From: Euprymna scolopes
Taxonomy: Eukaryota
Length of the DNA stretch: 64,000 nucleotides
Reading direction: 5' to 3' (one strand)
Assembly (NCBI GenBank): GCA_053919585.1
Contig: CM132805.1
The translations under genes were made by a program, and so were the position numbers. Below the pieces are notes generated by a model that saw only the letters and a list, made by a program, of their open reading frames with translations, was not told the origin of the DNA and did no database searches. Positions 40,269-54,300 of this stretch are shown here, in pieces. How positions within the stretch are numbered: the stretch's first letter is position 1; each line of letters starts with the position of its first letter.

Positions 40269-42633
40269 TGAAATGGTGACCTCGACATGATATGAACACG
40301 CAATCTTCTGACAGGCTTAAGGAGTTCCAGGTGGCAGGCAGCAATAGAGAATAGAATGTGTATCACACACAGGCAGTTTGTGACTCGCATAATTAGTTTG
40401 TTGAGTATCCCTGAAAAAGGCTACTTGGGTACTGCTGCTTCTTGTCCTCACGGCGACTGAGTCTGCAGACTTAACAAGAGTCAAGTCTGGATTTGGGCGG
40501 TTCCTAGCTCCCAAACCAAGTTAAAGATTTGTTGTGAAAGCTGCTAACTTTCTGGAGAGTCATTCGTGATACAGGCCCCACGGCCAGTGATGGTATCACT
40601 AAACAATGAATGACTATAATTGTGAAATTTCACACCATATTATTTACAGTTTAAAGTGTCTTTGGTTTTTATTAACTATATTTATTTTAATCTAGGTTCG
40701 AAATAATAGTCATTTACTTTTATTTAATTTGATGTTTTTGTGTTTTCTCTATGTTGTTTGAGAACGGGCGGTGCTATTTTTAGCAAACGTGGGTGTGGCA
40801 TATTTTCGGAGTGTTGAGTTTCAGCCAACAGCATGTTTTTGTTTACAAACATAAGAGTGGTTAGTTGATAAACCACGACACAGGTTTGCAGTTTATTTAT
40901 TTTATTTTTTGAAAAATAAAAAGAAAGAAATCAAACAAAAAAATTCTGATTGATGCGATTGTAACAAGAGTGAGGCGAACACAGATGACGATAGTCTGTC
41001 ATTCTATGTATCATGACTCATGCTAACAAAAAAGATAATGTAAAGGCGTGACAGAACATAACAAAGAAAAAGAAGAAAATAAATTTGTCTAACAGAATTT
41101 TATTTCAGCGAAATGAAATGCGTCTCTAGGAAAGAGCTTCTTAAGTTGATAATAATGAAGAGGGTTGCTAAGCAGCATCAGAAACTGCTGCTTGCTGTAG
41201 ATTTAAAAGATCGTAATTAGGGATGTACTAATTATCAAATTGGTTAAGTACCGATTACTGATTAATCGGCTGATTAATAGATTTTCTAATGCCGATTTAT
41301 CAGCAAATTTTTTTGTCATAAATGATACTAATCTTAATTATATTGGATAGGAAGACAATTAACTCTCTTTTTGTGAAAATTTATCAAGGAGCCATGCATC
41401 GTCTAAACCATATTATCAAATAACAGGCATGATGCGCTGTTAACATGTAAACTTTTACAACTGCACTGAATTTGAGGCAAATAGATGAAAACATAGAAAA
41501 TTTCCCTCCTTTCTCTTCCTATCAAACTAACATTATTATTTTTTACTTTAAATCACTGTCCATGTCCAGGAAAATTATTACTTCATCTTTCAGTTTTCAT
41601 GTTGAGGAATTGTACAGTAAATTGTGACGATGTGTGAACCGAAAATAAATCATTCTTCATCAGTCATACTCTTGTTTCTCAGATTTGGACTCTCGCTACC
41701 GTTATGTATATTTTTATTTTTCTGATTTAAATAATGTATATTGAGATAAATTACTAATTAGATATCAGACATAAGTAATTTAAATACTTAAAAAAATTAA
41801 CTAAATATTAACAACCTTCAACCATTATGGCAACCAGTTTCTGGTGGAAGTATTTTGATGTCAATCCCAAGAATAAGAATACAGCTGCTTGCAAGTTATG
41901 TCAAACCATCACATCAAAAGGTGACAAATCAGCAAAACTTTTACAATGCATAATATGTGAAATCATCCTAGAAAAAGGTTCGTTCAAAAGAAGCAAAAGT
42001 TGCAAATAAGAAAAGAAAGCACAATGAATATTCAGGGACGGACATTCCAGGAACAAGTGGCAGAAATCATGAGCCTCCAGTGAAACACCAAACTACTATA
42101 GAATCAATATTGGCCAAAAAAAAATGGGAATATTAATGATCACAGGTCACAAGCAATTCATTATCTGATAAGAGAAATGATTGCTGTTGATATTAAACCA
42201 TATTTTGTAACATCTGACATTGGATTTAATAGGTTTGTTGTAAAACTTTGTTCAAATTACAGCATTCCATCATACTTCATTGAAAAATAATTTTCAATAT
42301 ATTTACAAAAGTAAAACAAAATTCATCTGTTTCTTGTTAACATTTCATGAACTACAGACATTTGGACTGTTACAACAGATAATGCTCTCTTTCTGAGTTT
42401 GATAGGTCATTGGTTTTCAAATGACTTTGAACAGTGCAGAGCTGTGCTTCGAGTTGTTCCATTCCTTGGTGCACACACAAGTGCAAGAATAAGTGAAGAA
42501 TTGCACAATGTTCTGGATGAGTATAAAATCAATAAAGTTTTCTTAGTCTTGCGGGATTAAGATATAAATATAGTTTCTAATGTCAGAGAATGTGATTTAG
42601 AATAACTATCATATGTTGTAACTCAGTCTGTGA

Positions 42634-43962
42634 AAACAACCATTACAGCAATAATAAGACAACCATTACAGCAATAATAAGACAACCATTACAGCAATAA
42701 TAAGACAACCATTACAGCAATAATAAGACAACCATTACAGCAATAATAATACAACCATTACAGCAATAATAAGACAACCATTACAGCAATAATAAAACAA
42801 CCATTACAGCAATAATAAGACAACCATTACAGCAATAATAAAACAACCATTACAGCAATAATAAAACAACCATTACAGCAATAATAATACAACCATTACA
42901 GCAATAATAAGACAACCATTACAGCAATAATAAGACAACCATTACAGCAATAATAAGACAACCATTACAGCAATAATAAGACAACCATTACAGCAATAAT
43001 AAAACAACCATTACAGCAATAATAAGACAACCATTACAGCAATAATAATACAACCATTACAGCAATAATAAGACAACCATTACAGCAATAATAAAACAAC
43101 CATTACAGCAATAATAAAACAACCATTACAGCAATAATAATACAACCATTACAGCAATAATAAGACAACCATTACAGCAATAATAAAACAACCATTACAG
43201 CAATAATAAGACAACCATTACAGCAATAATAAGACAACCATTACAGCAATAATAAGACAACCATTACAGCAATAATAAGACAACCATTACAGCAATAATA
43301 AGACAACCATTACAGCAATAATAAGACAACCATTACAGCAATAATAAGACAACCATTACAGCAATAATAAAACAACCATTACAGCAATAATAAAACAACC
43401 ATTACAGCAATAATAAAACAACCATTACAGCAATAATAAGACAACCATTACAGCAATAATAAGACAACCATTACAGCAATAATAAAACAACCATTACAGC
43501 AATAATAATACAACCATTACAGCAATAATAAAACAACCATTACAGCAATAATAAAACAACCATTACAGCAATAATAAGACAATCATTACAGCAATAATAA
43601 AACAACCATTACAGCAATAATAATACAACCATTACAGCAATAATAAAACAACCATTACAGCAATAATAAGACAACCATTACAGCAATAATAAGACAACCA
43701 TTACAGCAATAATAAAACAACCATTACAGCAATAATAAGACAACCATTACAGCAATAATAAAACAACCATTACAGCAATAATAAGACAACCATTACAGCA
43801 ATAATAAGACAACCATTACAGCAATAATAAAACAACCATTACAGCAATAATAAAACAACCATTACAGCAATAATAAGACAACCATTACAGCAATAATAAA
43901 ACAACCATTACAGCAATAATAAGACAACCATTACAGCAATAATAAGACAACCATTACAGCAA
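42634..43962. repeat. 23-bp minisatellite, about 57 units, inside the hAT transposase
   Basis: Unit acaaccattacagcaataataa(g/a/t). Confidence 0.97.
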
Positions 43963-44388
43963 GCAGAAATACAGTTTCTTACTTTAATTGCTAAATGTTA
44001 GCAATTAGTAAATTAACTGAAACACAGGATCAGCTTAATTTGGAAAAACAAACTCATTCAAGATGTGGTGGAATTCAACATATTATATGCTGAAAATAAA
44101 TTAAGAACAATGAAAAGCTCTTGCAATGTGCACTGTTGATAAAATTCCTACCTTTAACAACTTACCAATAGGGATTTGTTTGAAAGAAATATCCAGTTCC
44201 TGTGTCCATTTGAAGAAGAAAGTCACAAAACACCAACTATATCAATGATAATACCTACAAATTTAACTGTGAGGTTATTTTTGTCAAAAGTTGTCCAATC
44301 TAATTCTTACCATTGTTGAACAATTCATTGAATCAATAGAAACAAATAAAACTGAATTAAATGAGTAAATATGAACATTCAATTTTAT

Positions 44389-47300
44389 GGAGAGTAGATA
44401 ATACAGTGGATGTGTTATCGGCAGCTCCAGTAACTCTCGCTTCTCCTATTTTGTCATTCAGTCCTCATTCAATGAGTGATTTTTCTGACAAAGGGTGAAG
44501 AAAAAGCTGCTTAAAGGTCGGTAGTACTTGGTGACCAGTAGTCTGAGATGTCGGAAATTTTTCTGTCTCTGTCTGTCCTTGTGGCCATGTCACTAGTAAG
44601 GGTGCTGGAGGTAAACGTTTTGTCTAGGCTGACGTTATCCGCCTGATAGTCAGGGACCCGAACCTTGGATTAACCACTAAGGAGGCTGTCCTATCAGCAG
44701 GCGCAAAGTACTGGGACTGCTGTATTGCCATTTGGTGAGTGGATCTGGACCATGCAGTAGTCTCTGGTGGGGCCTCTCGATGCCATACTAGTGGGTAATT
44801 GTTACGGCTTTACCTTTTCGTGTGCTACAAAAAAAAAAAAAATTTTCCTGTCTTTTTCTCTCTTACTTTTCCTCTCTGTACTGCTCTAACCAAGTATGCC
44901 GACCTATTCCAAAAATCCCAAAACCTCAACATGAAATATCTCCAGAATAAAAACTCGATTAAACCTAGAAACCCATCTTCCAACGTAGACCCCTACTACC
45001 AGGTCTCCTCCTCCAACATCAGGGGTCTACGTTCCAACCTTCCAGAGGTTGAAACCCAATTACAGGAGACGAAACCGAATATATTATTTCTAAGTGAAAC
45101 TGGAATAGGGCCGACCACTTCCCTAGATGAGTTCATAATTAACAGATACTCTAATTTAACAGCTAAATCTGACACCCAAGATCGCCATGGGCATGGAATA
45201 TGTGCCTACATTAAGGATGGCTTCCCATGTGGCAGGGATATCTCTAGAGAAGATCCTAATTTACCCTATATGTGCTTCAGGGTTGCACTTGCTAACACCA
45301 CTGCATTTATATTTTCCCTCTATAGGCCCCACAACAGCGGAGTTACTATCTTTAAGAGCATATCTGAGAAAATAGACCACATACTGTCTTCACATCCCTC
45401 GGCTAACATCCACATCTGTGGTAACTTCAACGTCCATAACGTGGAATGGCTGACCCATTCAAATAAGACAGATGATGAGGGGAGGTTCTGTCATGATTTT
45501 GCCATTGCTTATGACCTCACTCAGATTGTTCGTGAACCCACCCGTGTGCCCGATACACCCGATCAATATGCAAGCCTCCGAGACCTTTTTCTCTCAACTT
45601 CCCCTGAGCTATGTTCATGTTTCATTCATTCTCCTCTAGGATCCTCCGACCACTCCGTCGTATCAGTTAAGATAAAAACGAAATGTAAGAAGCCCCCAGA
45701 CGTACCCCTCCACCGTACTGTATACCAATAATCTATGGCTGACTGGGATAGCTTCCGTACATTCATATCTGATTTACCTCTGCACTCCATGTTTAAAAAG
45801 GAAGTGTCCTCTACAGTATCAGATCTGACCGAATGGTTAATTATAGGCATAGACCAATTCATACCATCTAAAAAATTCCAACAAAAACCTAACAGCCAGC
45901 CATGGTTCTCCCCAGAATGTGCTGCTGCTATCGCGCACAGAAATCACTTTTTCCATAGCTACCAATGTAATAGATACACTGAGACTAAAGTTGCTTTCAG
46001 GACTGCCAGCAACTACTGTAAAAGAGTAATAAAAATGCAAGAGAGCTATATCCCCAGTCTGTTAAATCCAAGGTAGCGGATCAGCGGCTTGGTTACCACC
46101 AGTTTTGGCAAATAACAAATAGGATCCTGAACAGAAGTGTGTGTTCTATCCCAACCATTATCAATGGACCAGAGGTCATCTCGTCAGCGTCAGATAAGGC
46201 CAAACTATTTGCAAAGAACTTTGCAGCTAATTCTACCCTATGCGACGAAGGCCATCAACAATATTTCCTCCTATAACACAGAACAAGCTAGGTAACATAC
46301 AAATATCCATGCATGAGGTCGCCAAGCTAATCAAGAACCTAGATTCCAGTAAAGCAACTGGCCCTGATGGCATCCCAATTATAGTGTTAAAAAAGCTTCA
46401 ACCAGAACTTGCTCCCATACTTACAAAACTGTTTAAGCGCTGCCTTAAGGAGAAGTGCTTTCCGACTCCCTGGAAGACCTCATCAGTTTGCCCTGTATTT
46501 AAGAATTCAGGTGATAAGTCATCTCCCTCTCAGTACAGACCAATAAGTCTCCTGTATGTTATGAGTAAGTTGCTGGAATCCATATTAAATAGAGAAATAG
46601 TCAACCACCTCAGCAGGAATAACCTTCTTAGTGACACACAATATGGTTTCCACTCTGCAAGATCTACCGCAGATGTGCTGACAGTTATATCCCACAGGAT
46701 TAGTGAATCTCTTGACAAAGGCTTCCTTTCTAGGGCAATTGCTCTTGACATATCTATCAAAGGCCTTCGACAAGGTATGGCATAAGGGTCTACTTCACAA
46801 GATTTCCAGCTATGGTATAACTGGAAATGTTTTCTCAATCATTAAATCATTTCTCTCTGATAGGCTCATAAGAGTAGTGGTAGATGGACAAAAATCGGAG
46901 GCCTGCAGTATAAATGCTGGAGTCTCTCAGGGATCCATCCTAGGCCCAACTTTCTTCCTGATCTACATCAATGACCTCCCTAAAGACATACTTAAATCAT
47001 TCGTTGACATCTATGCTGATGACACGACCATCTACGGCAACACATCAAAAGCTGTAAATGACAAAGATCTCTCTGATTCTCTCTCCTCTGATCTCGAGCA
47101 CGTAGTTCAGTGGGAGAAGATGTGGCTGGTTACCATTAATGCATCCAAAACCAAACTCCTATCCTTACATCATCAACGCTCTGATCCCCATCTGGCATCA
47201 ATTGTGATGGATGGCTCTCGTCTGGGTGAGGCCCCGTGTTTTGACAAGCTTCTGGGTTTGACCTTTACTCCTGATCTGAAATGGAACACGTACATCAAGT

Positions 47301-47951
47301 TTGTTGCCAAGGTTGCTGGAAAGATGGTGGAATCCTTCTACCGCTCCAGAAGGTATCTCACTACTGATGCAATTCTCTATCTATATAAAAGCCAAGTACG
47401 TCCAAGGATGGAATACTGTTGCCATATCTGGGCAGGAGCTGCTAAAAACAGCCTATCCTGCCTTGACAGAGTACAAAATAGACTTCGTGGCTTAGTGGGG
47501 GATGCCCTTTTCTCTACCCTGCAACCTCTCTCCCACAGAAGAGACGTTGCGAGCCTATCCTTGTTTTATCGTTATTTCCATGGCAGGTGCTCGTCTGAAC
47601 TCGAATCTCTGGTCCCCCCTCGCCAATCTTTCACGCAAAACACCCGTCTAGCCGAATCCACTGTGAAAAACTTCCCCCACTCTTTATCTGTGCCTAGATC
47701 AAAACGTGGATTCCATGAACAAAGCTTCTTTCTTAGAACTGCACGCCTGTGGAATTCCGTCTGCCTGCTTCCCACCGGACTACAACTTGGATGTCTTCAA
47801 GTCCAATGTTAACAAATTCCTAATGAACCGCCCCCTTAAGTAAACACTTCATCAAATCTCCACACTAACGTAATGTACTTGCAATAACCCTTATCCCTGA
47901 GTGGCTTCCAAGCCTTGATAAGTGGTGATCACTGTGTAAAAAAAAAAAAAA
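44389..47951 (+). mobile_element. Near full-length single-ORF CR1-group LINE (CR1/L2/Crack/Daphne-like), APE plus RT, frameshifted
   Basis: NIRGL, LSET, GNFN, SSDH (APE); KATGPDGIP, YRPISLL, SKAFDKV, GVSQGSILGP, YADD, RLWNS (RT and tail); poly(A) 47938-47953; TSD aattttat / aattctat. Confidence 0.92.
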
Positions 47952-48729
47952 AATTCTATACATAATGATTATTATACCTATTTTTAAACAATTCTAGCCC
48001 CAACTTACTTCATTATAAGTTGATAAAAATGCTGATGTGTTCAATTTTGGTGGCAGAAGTAAAGTACAAAATGTCATAAATATATACTAATTTCAAAATT
48101 ATATATCACAAAAAATATTAAAAGATCTGGAATTTTGCATGTCTAATCAATACATATTGTAGAATGCTATATCCAAATGTCAGCTCTTTACACCATGCAT
48201 TTCTTAAATAGTATCTTCAAGACAATGTAATAATTTTATGTAGTATTTTTCTGTAATGTAATAATTTTATGTAGTATTTTTCACTTTGTTTATCATGGTG
48301 ATGTAATTAAGTAAATGTACATGTTCAACATCAGTTTAATTTCAATAAAAGAACTGCATGTTATCAATGATAGAGTTCTTTATACAATTGGTATTTCTTT
48401 ATGATTCTGTTGAATTCTTCGCTTGGCATTGATCACATTCGTCCATTTGAGGTGGTTCCCTCAACCCCTTCTCAAACATATATAGAGAAAAAAACAGTTG
48501 TCCTTCTTCAATGGTTGTAGCACAAATCAATTGTTTTGCATTGTTTATTAAATTTTTAGGTGAAAGTACAGACTAGTAAGAAAAACACCCTCTTCTCCAC
48601 ATGTTAAGAAATGGGTTGGCAATAACTTCTCTGCATAAGAACTATTGTTTTTTTTTTGGTTTAACATCTTTACTTTATTTTTGTATTGGCTTTGTTCAAC
48701 TAACGCTGTGATTGTTTACAAATCATTAT

Positions 48730-48918
48730 TTCTGGTTTGTGCAAACCGTTCTGCTTTATGTTGAATGCCCAGAAAAATTCCCTTCTGATTAATGTTTTCC
48801 AGTTTTAAAATAAGCAAATGAACTTGCCTGTTTTTCAGAATAACAGAATATTTTTATCTGGCAAACATTAATCAGAAAGGACTTTTTCGTGAAGCAGAAT
48901 GGTTCGCACAAACCAGAA
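48730..48918. mobile_element. Foldback/MITE-like palindrome
   Basis: ttctggtttgtgcaaaccgttctgctt pairs with aagcagaatggttcgcacaaaccagaa; inner pair ttctgattaatgttt / aaacattaatcagaa. Confidence 0.75.
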
Positions 48919-51114
48919 TTTTTAAATATGAGATTCATTCATTTTTTCATACAAGAATTTGCGACGCTATAAAATTCCTACCTTAACAACTTACCATTGG
49001 GGATTTGTTAAAAAAATTGTCCATTTGAAAAAGTCACCAAAGAAGCAAATCACAGAACTTCAACAATATCGATGATAATACTAACAATTTTAGCTTTGAA
49101 GTTATTTCTTTCAAAAGCTGTCCAATCTAATTCTGATATTTCTGATTTTAATGGAATCCTTGCTACTGTTGAACAATTCAATGAATTAATGGAAACAAGT
49201 TTTTTATTCTATCTAAATGATAAAAACTTGTGTGTTTTTACTTTCTTAAATCTAAGATTCACATTTAAATTTTGAAAGAATGACATGGAAAACACTAAGA
49301 ATTGGATTCTACATCTTCTACTTTCCTGATGATAATGACGCAGAATCGGCAGGATACACTTCAAGCTCTGTTGAGAGTCAAGAAGATCACAGTCAAAGTA
49401 AAACTGTATCTCTTTCAAGCCTGTTTGATGAATTAGTTTTAGATAAGCCTACAGTAACAAATCAAAACTTAGAACAGGTAGAAGCTGAGTTAAACCTGGA
49501 AATTGCAACTACAACAGAAATACAAGAATCACAATCTAAACTCAAAAGGAGTAAATCTCTTATGCTTAAGTGCACAAAAGAACTTGAGCATTATGTAGCT
49601 TTACAACTACTCGCAAGTGTTGATGATCCATTTCAGTGGTGGAAGAAGATACAGGAGACTTTACCACTGCTTACCGAGCTTCAGAATATTTAATTGCACC
49701 ACCTTCATATTGGAGATTGACAGGCTCTTTAGTACAGGTGGTAATGTGTATGAACGTATGAGGAACAGGCTGCATCATGAGATTAGGGAAAGTCTAATGT
49801 TTCTACATTGCAAATTAAAAGTATTCAACTTTAAATTATGAGAGCAGAGGAAGCAGGCATCTAGAATAGAAGAGGAAGTAGAGCAGCAGCAGGTGCAGAA
49901 CTTCAGCTTATAATGATTCACTTAAAGTATTATAATTTATACTTTGTAGTTGGTTTGTAATTTCTTTTGCTTATCTAATTGTTTAATTATATTCATTTAA
50001 GAATTAAAAATTGTATTTTGTAATTTTATTTAATAAAGACAAAAAGACATAATAATAGCCAGAAAATTAAGTGTTCAGTATAATTAGCAGTTACTATGTT
50101 AATGTGTCGAAGCTATCTGTTGAGTCACTTGGCAATGATGAAATGATTTAAATTTAATAAGAAAGAGAAAAGTAATTCATCGGCAAAGTGGCCGATTAGG
50201 CTGATTACCGATTACATTTATTAATCGGTACACCCTTAATTATAATGTTTCTGAAGGTAGGATTGGGAACTGTTGCTCAACATGCAGGCAGGAGCACTGT
50301 TGATAATTGTAGAAAAGAACAGAGATGTTGATGATAATAGCTTTGCAGTATGCAAAGGTCATCTTGAAGTAGATTAAGACTTGGCTCATTACAGTATATA
50401 ATGGCAATTCATGCAGCAGTGTTTGTTTTGTATCAAAGACTTAGATGTTATCATGATGATAACGGGCAGAAGAGAGTTACTGGAAAGAACAATTATATCA
50501 AAGTGAATTGTGGATCAATTTGTTAGAGTGATGATTCATGCAGCATTGTTTGTTATATAACAGATGTGTTGGTGCTAGGAACAGAGTAGCTCTAGATGCT
50601 GTAATGGTAGCAGGTAGGAGAACTAGTGGTAGAAGGAACAGAACCACCATAGATGCTGTGATTATGATGGTGTATAACTATGGCTGCTCCTCGCACCGAC
50701 TGCTTACCTCAAATGTATGTGCTGCGATTTTTCTCTTCATCTAATCGTAACTCACTAAGCAGGTGTGAAACAATTTACAATTTGCATGATTAGTAAGAAA
50801 CAACAGATATAAATATTGTATACAAGACTTGTTGAACATAAGTTTGTGTGTGTGTGCTGTTGGGGTCCCATTAACAGTGTCTCTACTTCTGAGCTAAATT
50901 TTCACCTCTTTTCTAGGATCTCAGCTAAGACTCGCTCCATCATTCACCTCTTTTTGCCTTCCAACTTTATTCAATCAAGTTCGTCGCTGTTTTATTATTA
51001 GATGGTGTCAGTTTCTTTATGCATATTGACTTTCTTGTGTAATTACAAAATATGGTCTTGGTGTGTCTAGTTTTTTTACTATTTATGCTTTCCTTTTCCA
51101 GTAATTATTATATA

Positions 51115-52437
51115 TACACCCATGAGCAAAAAAAAAATGGGCCAAACAAATTTTATACATTTTATTGCACTAAAAGCTATATTGAACAATTGAACAAGGA
51201 AACTTAAACGAGACTAATAACACAGAACAAGACATTTACCTTAATAAATGCTTAGGATGGAATCGCATTCCCTTTTGATTTCTTTAAAAGATCAACCCAT
51301 GCTCTCAACCAAAGTGGAACACTGTGAAGAGGAGATGCTATTCCATTCGATTTGCACAGCTTCCCACAGTTTGTCATTGTTCAAAAAAGTTCTTCCGGCC
51401 AATGCACGAGATATGAACCAAATATTCTTGATTAGGTTTAAATCGGGGCTTTGACCTGGCCAAAATATCACATCAATTGAGTTATCAGAAAACCATTTTT
51501 CTGTGACTTTAGCAGTGTGTGCGGGGGCATTATCATGTTGAAAAATAATGTTCTGGGATATTCCCAGCTTCTTAATACTTAGTAACAGTTCTGTTTCTAA
51601 TATTCAAATGTATTCCTTTGCATTGATTGACTTTTCACATCTAATAAGTTCCCCAACTCCTGCTGCAGTAAAAGTTCCTCATACCATTATCCCTCCATTC
51701 CTGTGTTTAACTGTCGTCTTTATGCAACTTGGCGAAAATCTTTTTCCAGTTCTTCGATTGCACCATTCAGGAGCATCGGGAGCATCACTAACAAGTCAAA
51801 ATCTTGATTCATCTAACCAGAAAACATTCCTGAACCAGTCTGTATCTTTCTTGCCATAACATGAGAAAAATCTCTTTCTATCATTGATGTTTTTCTTAGA
51901 TAAAAATGGCTTCTTGGCACACCTTTTAGAGGAAACTCCCATTTCGTTCATTCGTCTAGATATTGTATATCTAAAAAGAGAATTTCCAGCCCCTGTTTTG
52001 AATTCTTTCCTATGGTCAACATAAGCTTTCTTTCGATCCTTCAAAACAGTTAATTTAAGTCTAGGGTCGTCCTTCAAAGTGGATGCTCTAGGGCGACCAG
52101 ATCCAGATTTCCATTTTACCAAGCATTCGCCTTTGAAACTTTGACCAATTCGCTTCACTGCAGAAAAAGATGTTTTCACATTTTCTTTTCTTAAAATATC
52201 AAAAATCTGCTAGCAAGTCCTTTTGGACTGCCTTAATCCTGCAATTCGTTTTTTTTTATATCCTCGCCAAGATGCGATCTTACCATTTTTAGGATGAATT
52301 TTTTCACTTATTATTATTATATGCTATAATAATAATGATCTGTAAAATAGAAAATTTCAGTTAAAATTAACAAAGATTCATGGAAAAATATTGAAAAATA
52401 GATTTCTTGGCCCATTTTTTTTTTTTTTGCTCATGAT

Positions 52438-52441
<4 letters not shown>
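51115..52441 (-). mobile_element. Tc1/mariner transposon; transposase (about 52286 to 51252) is inactivated
   Basis: TIRs catgagcaaaa..atgggccaa at both ends next to TA runs; GSGRPR, WLDESRF, FQHDNAPAH, WPGQSPDLNLIKNIW (catalytic E replaced by K). Confidence 0.93.

Positions 52442-52447
<6 letters not shown>

Positions 52448-52512
<65 letters not shown>
52448..52512. repeat. (TA)n microsatellite at the Tc1 target site
   Basis: Direct reading. Confidence 0.95.
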
Positions 52513-52515
<3 letters not shown>

Positions 52516-52899
52516 GTCATTTAATTTAAGTGTATTTAGTTCACTTAATTTTTTGCTGTTTATTTGTTTTATGAAGATTAATTTGTTTTTTATTGTTTAA
52601 TGTTTGGTTTCTGGTCATTAAGATTTCAGTTGGTGAAGTTGCATTTTTACTAGTATACATAGTATGATGCCATAAATATATAAATATATTCAAATTATTT
52701 TCTATATTTTTTTTTCAGTTCTTTTGACAATTTGTATGGTTCTTTCAATCATCCAATTTGACTGTGGATAATTTGGGCTTGTGATTACATGTTTAATATC
52801 CTATTATTTCGAAAATATTTTCTTTTGTTGGAACTATTATATTTTTCATATTTTATTATTATTTTTTTTTTTTTTTGCTGTTGTTATCTCACCTCTAAT

Positions 52900-54300
52900 T
52901 GAGTTGCAAGGTTTAAATCGCAATGATATATTCTTATTGTTTGGCCATCCATTTCTAATATATTCGTTTATTAGATGTAAATTTGAATCAGTTGCAAAGG
53001 CTTCTCTATTTTCTTCTAACTTGGCACTTATTCAGAATGTATTTGTGACTAAATGGATAGGCACTTCCACATCTTCTTCATGTATTTCTTGAATGTTGTC
53101 TGAAAGATATTTTCATGTCTGCAACTATTTTTTTGTCTGGCACTTGTATTATAATGCTTGTGTAAATCTTTGAATTCTGTGTGAAGTTTTTAGGATTTTT
53201 TTTTAATATTTAATGTTTTTTCGATTTTCAATTTTGAAATTTATTGAATATATGAATTCATGAAATTTTTTACACTCAAAAACTACAATAATCTTTCAAT
53301 TTACTCTTTGGAATCATTGCACATGCTGCATATGTAATAAGGTAACTAGCTGCCATTTGCCATTATTTTCTTGCACCTACTTCATATTTGTTAGAGTCGT
53401 AGTTGGAAGATTTTAAGTTTTTGCTAAGGGTATGTTTATTATTCCATTTTGGATTGTTTTTATTCCTTCCTATGATTTAGATATCTTATTTTGTTTCAAT
53501 GAATTTGCATTTGTTTTTATTTAATTTCAAACTATTTCTTTTTATTGTTTCACAAATTTTTCTAACGTTTCTATAAGTTTTTCTGAACCATATGATTATG
53601 TCATTTTTGTATCCTTTAATATTTTCTATGATTTGAGATATTTTGATTTGAAATACTTTACTGCAATGTGTACTCCATATGAAAGTCTTAAAGATATGTA
53701 TCTTCTAAATAGTAAATTAAAAAGAAGCTTGTAAGAGTTTACCATGTTGACTGAGATTTGCTAGTATCTATTTCATGTATCAAGTTTTGAAAAATATTTT
53801 ACTTTTTCATTTCTGTGAATATTTCGTCTGAAAATGTAAACTTATAACTATTACATGACTCAAGGTCATCACTAAAGTGACACTGTAATCATTTCGTTTT
53901 AAAAGTCATTTAGTCATTAATATTTAAATCAAATCAAGATTATACCTTGTGCTCTTGCTGATATTATCATTGCTTTTCCAAGGTCATTTCATAACTGTAA
54001 AAGATTGTCAGCATCTTCATACATTAAGTTGCAATTCATTCAAAACGATCCTAGAAAATGAATGATTTATTCACCATGATTGTCTAGTAACTTGCAAGAT
54101 TAAAGGTTTGGGAAACTTATTTTAAGCTGATGACTGAATTACTTAGTGTTTTTGTTAGGCTATGTTCAATACATCTTTTCATCCTGGTTGCTTCCTCTGA
54201 ATTGTCTAGAATCACACTTGCCACATTTTTTCATATGTCTTACATCAAATCTGATGAAGCAATATAAACTTATTTCTCACAAATGTATTAACTTATAAAA
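52900..54300 (-). mobile_element. Possible very old LINE RT remnant
   Basis: Minus-strand traces DLGKA (about 53975) then FSDDL (about 53865) in RT order; otherwise unalignable by eye. Confidence 0.3.

Larger units (their letters stand above)
41218..50238 (+). mobile_element. Decayed hAT (Ac/ZBED-type) DNA transposon with nested insertions
   Basis: TIRs tagggatgtac / gtacaccctta; 8-bp TSD atcgtaat / attataat; BED finger WKYF..ACKLC (41827), TTDIWT (about 42352), dimerisation domain DPFQWW...RLFSTGG..RNRL....LMFLH (49620-49810). Confidence 0.9.

Noticed and set aside
44643-44663. Hammerhead core (ctgatag...gaac)
   Set aside because: Does not match CUGANGA/GAAA and lacks the required stems.
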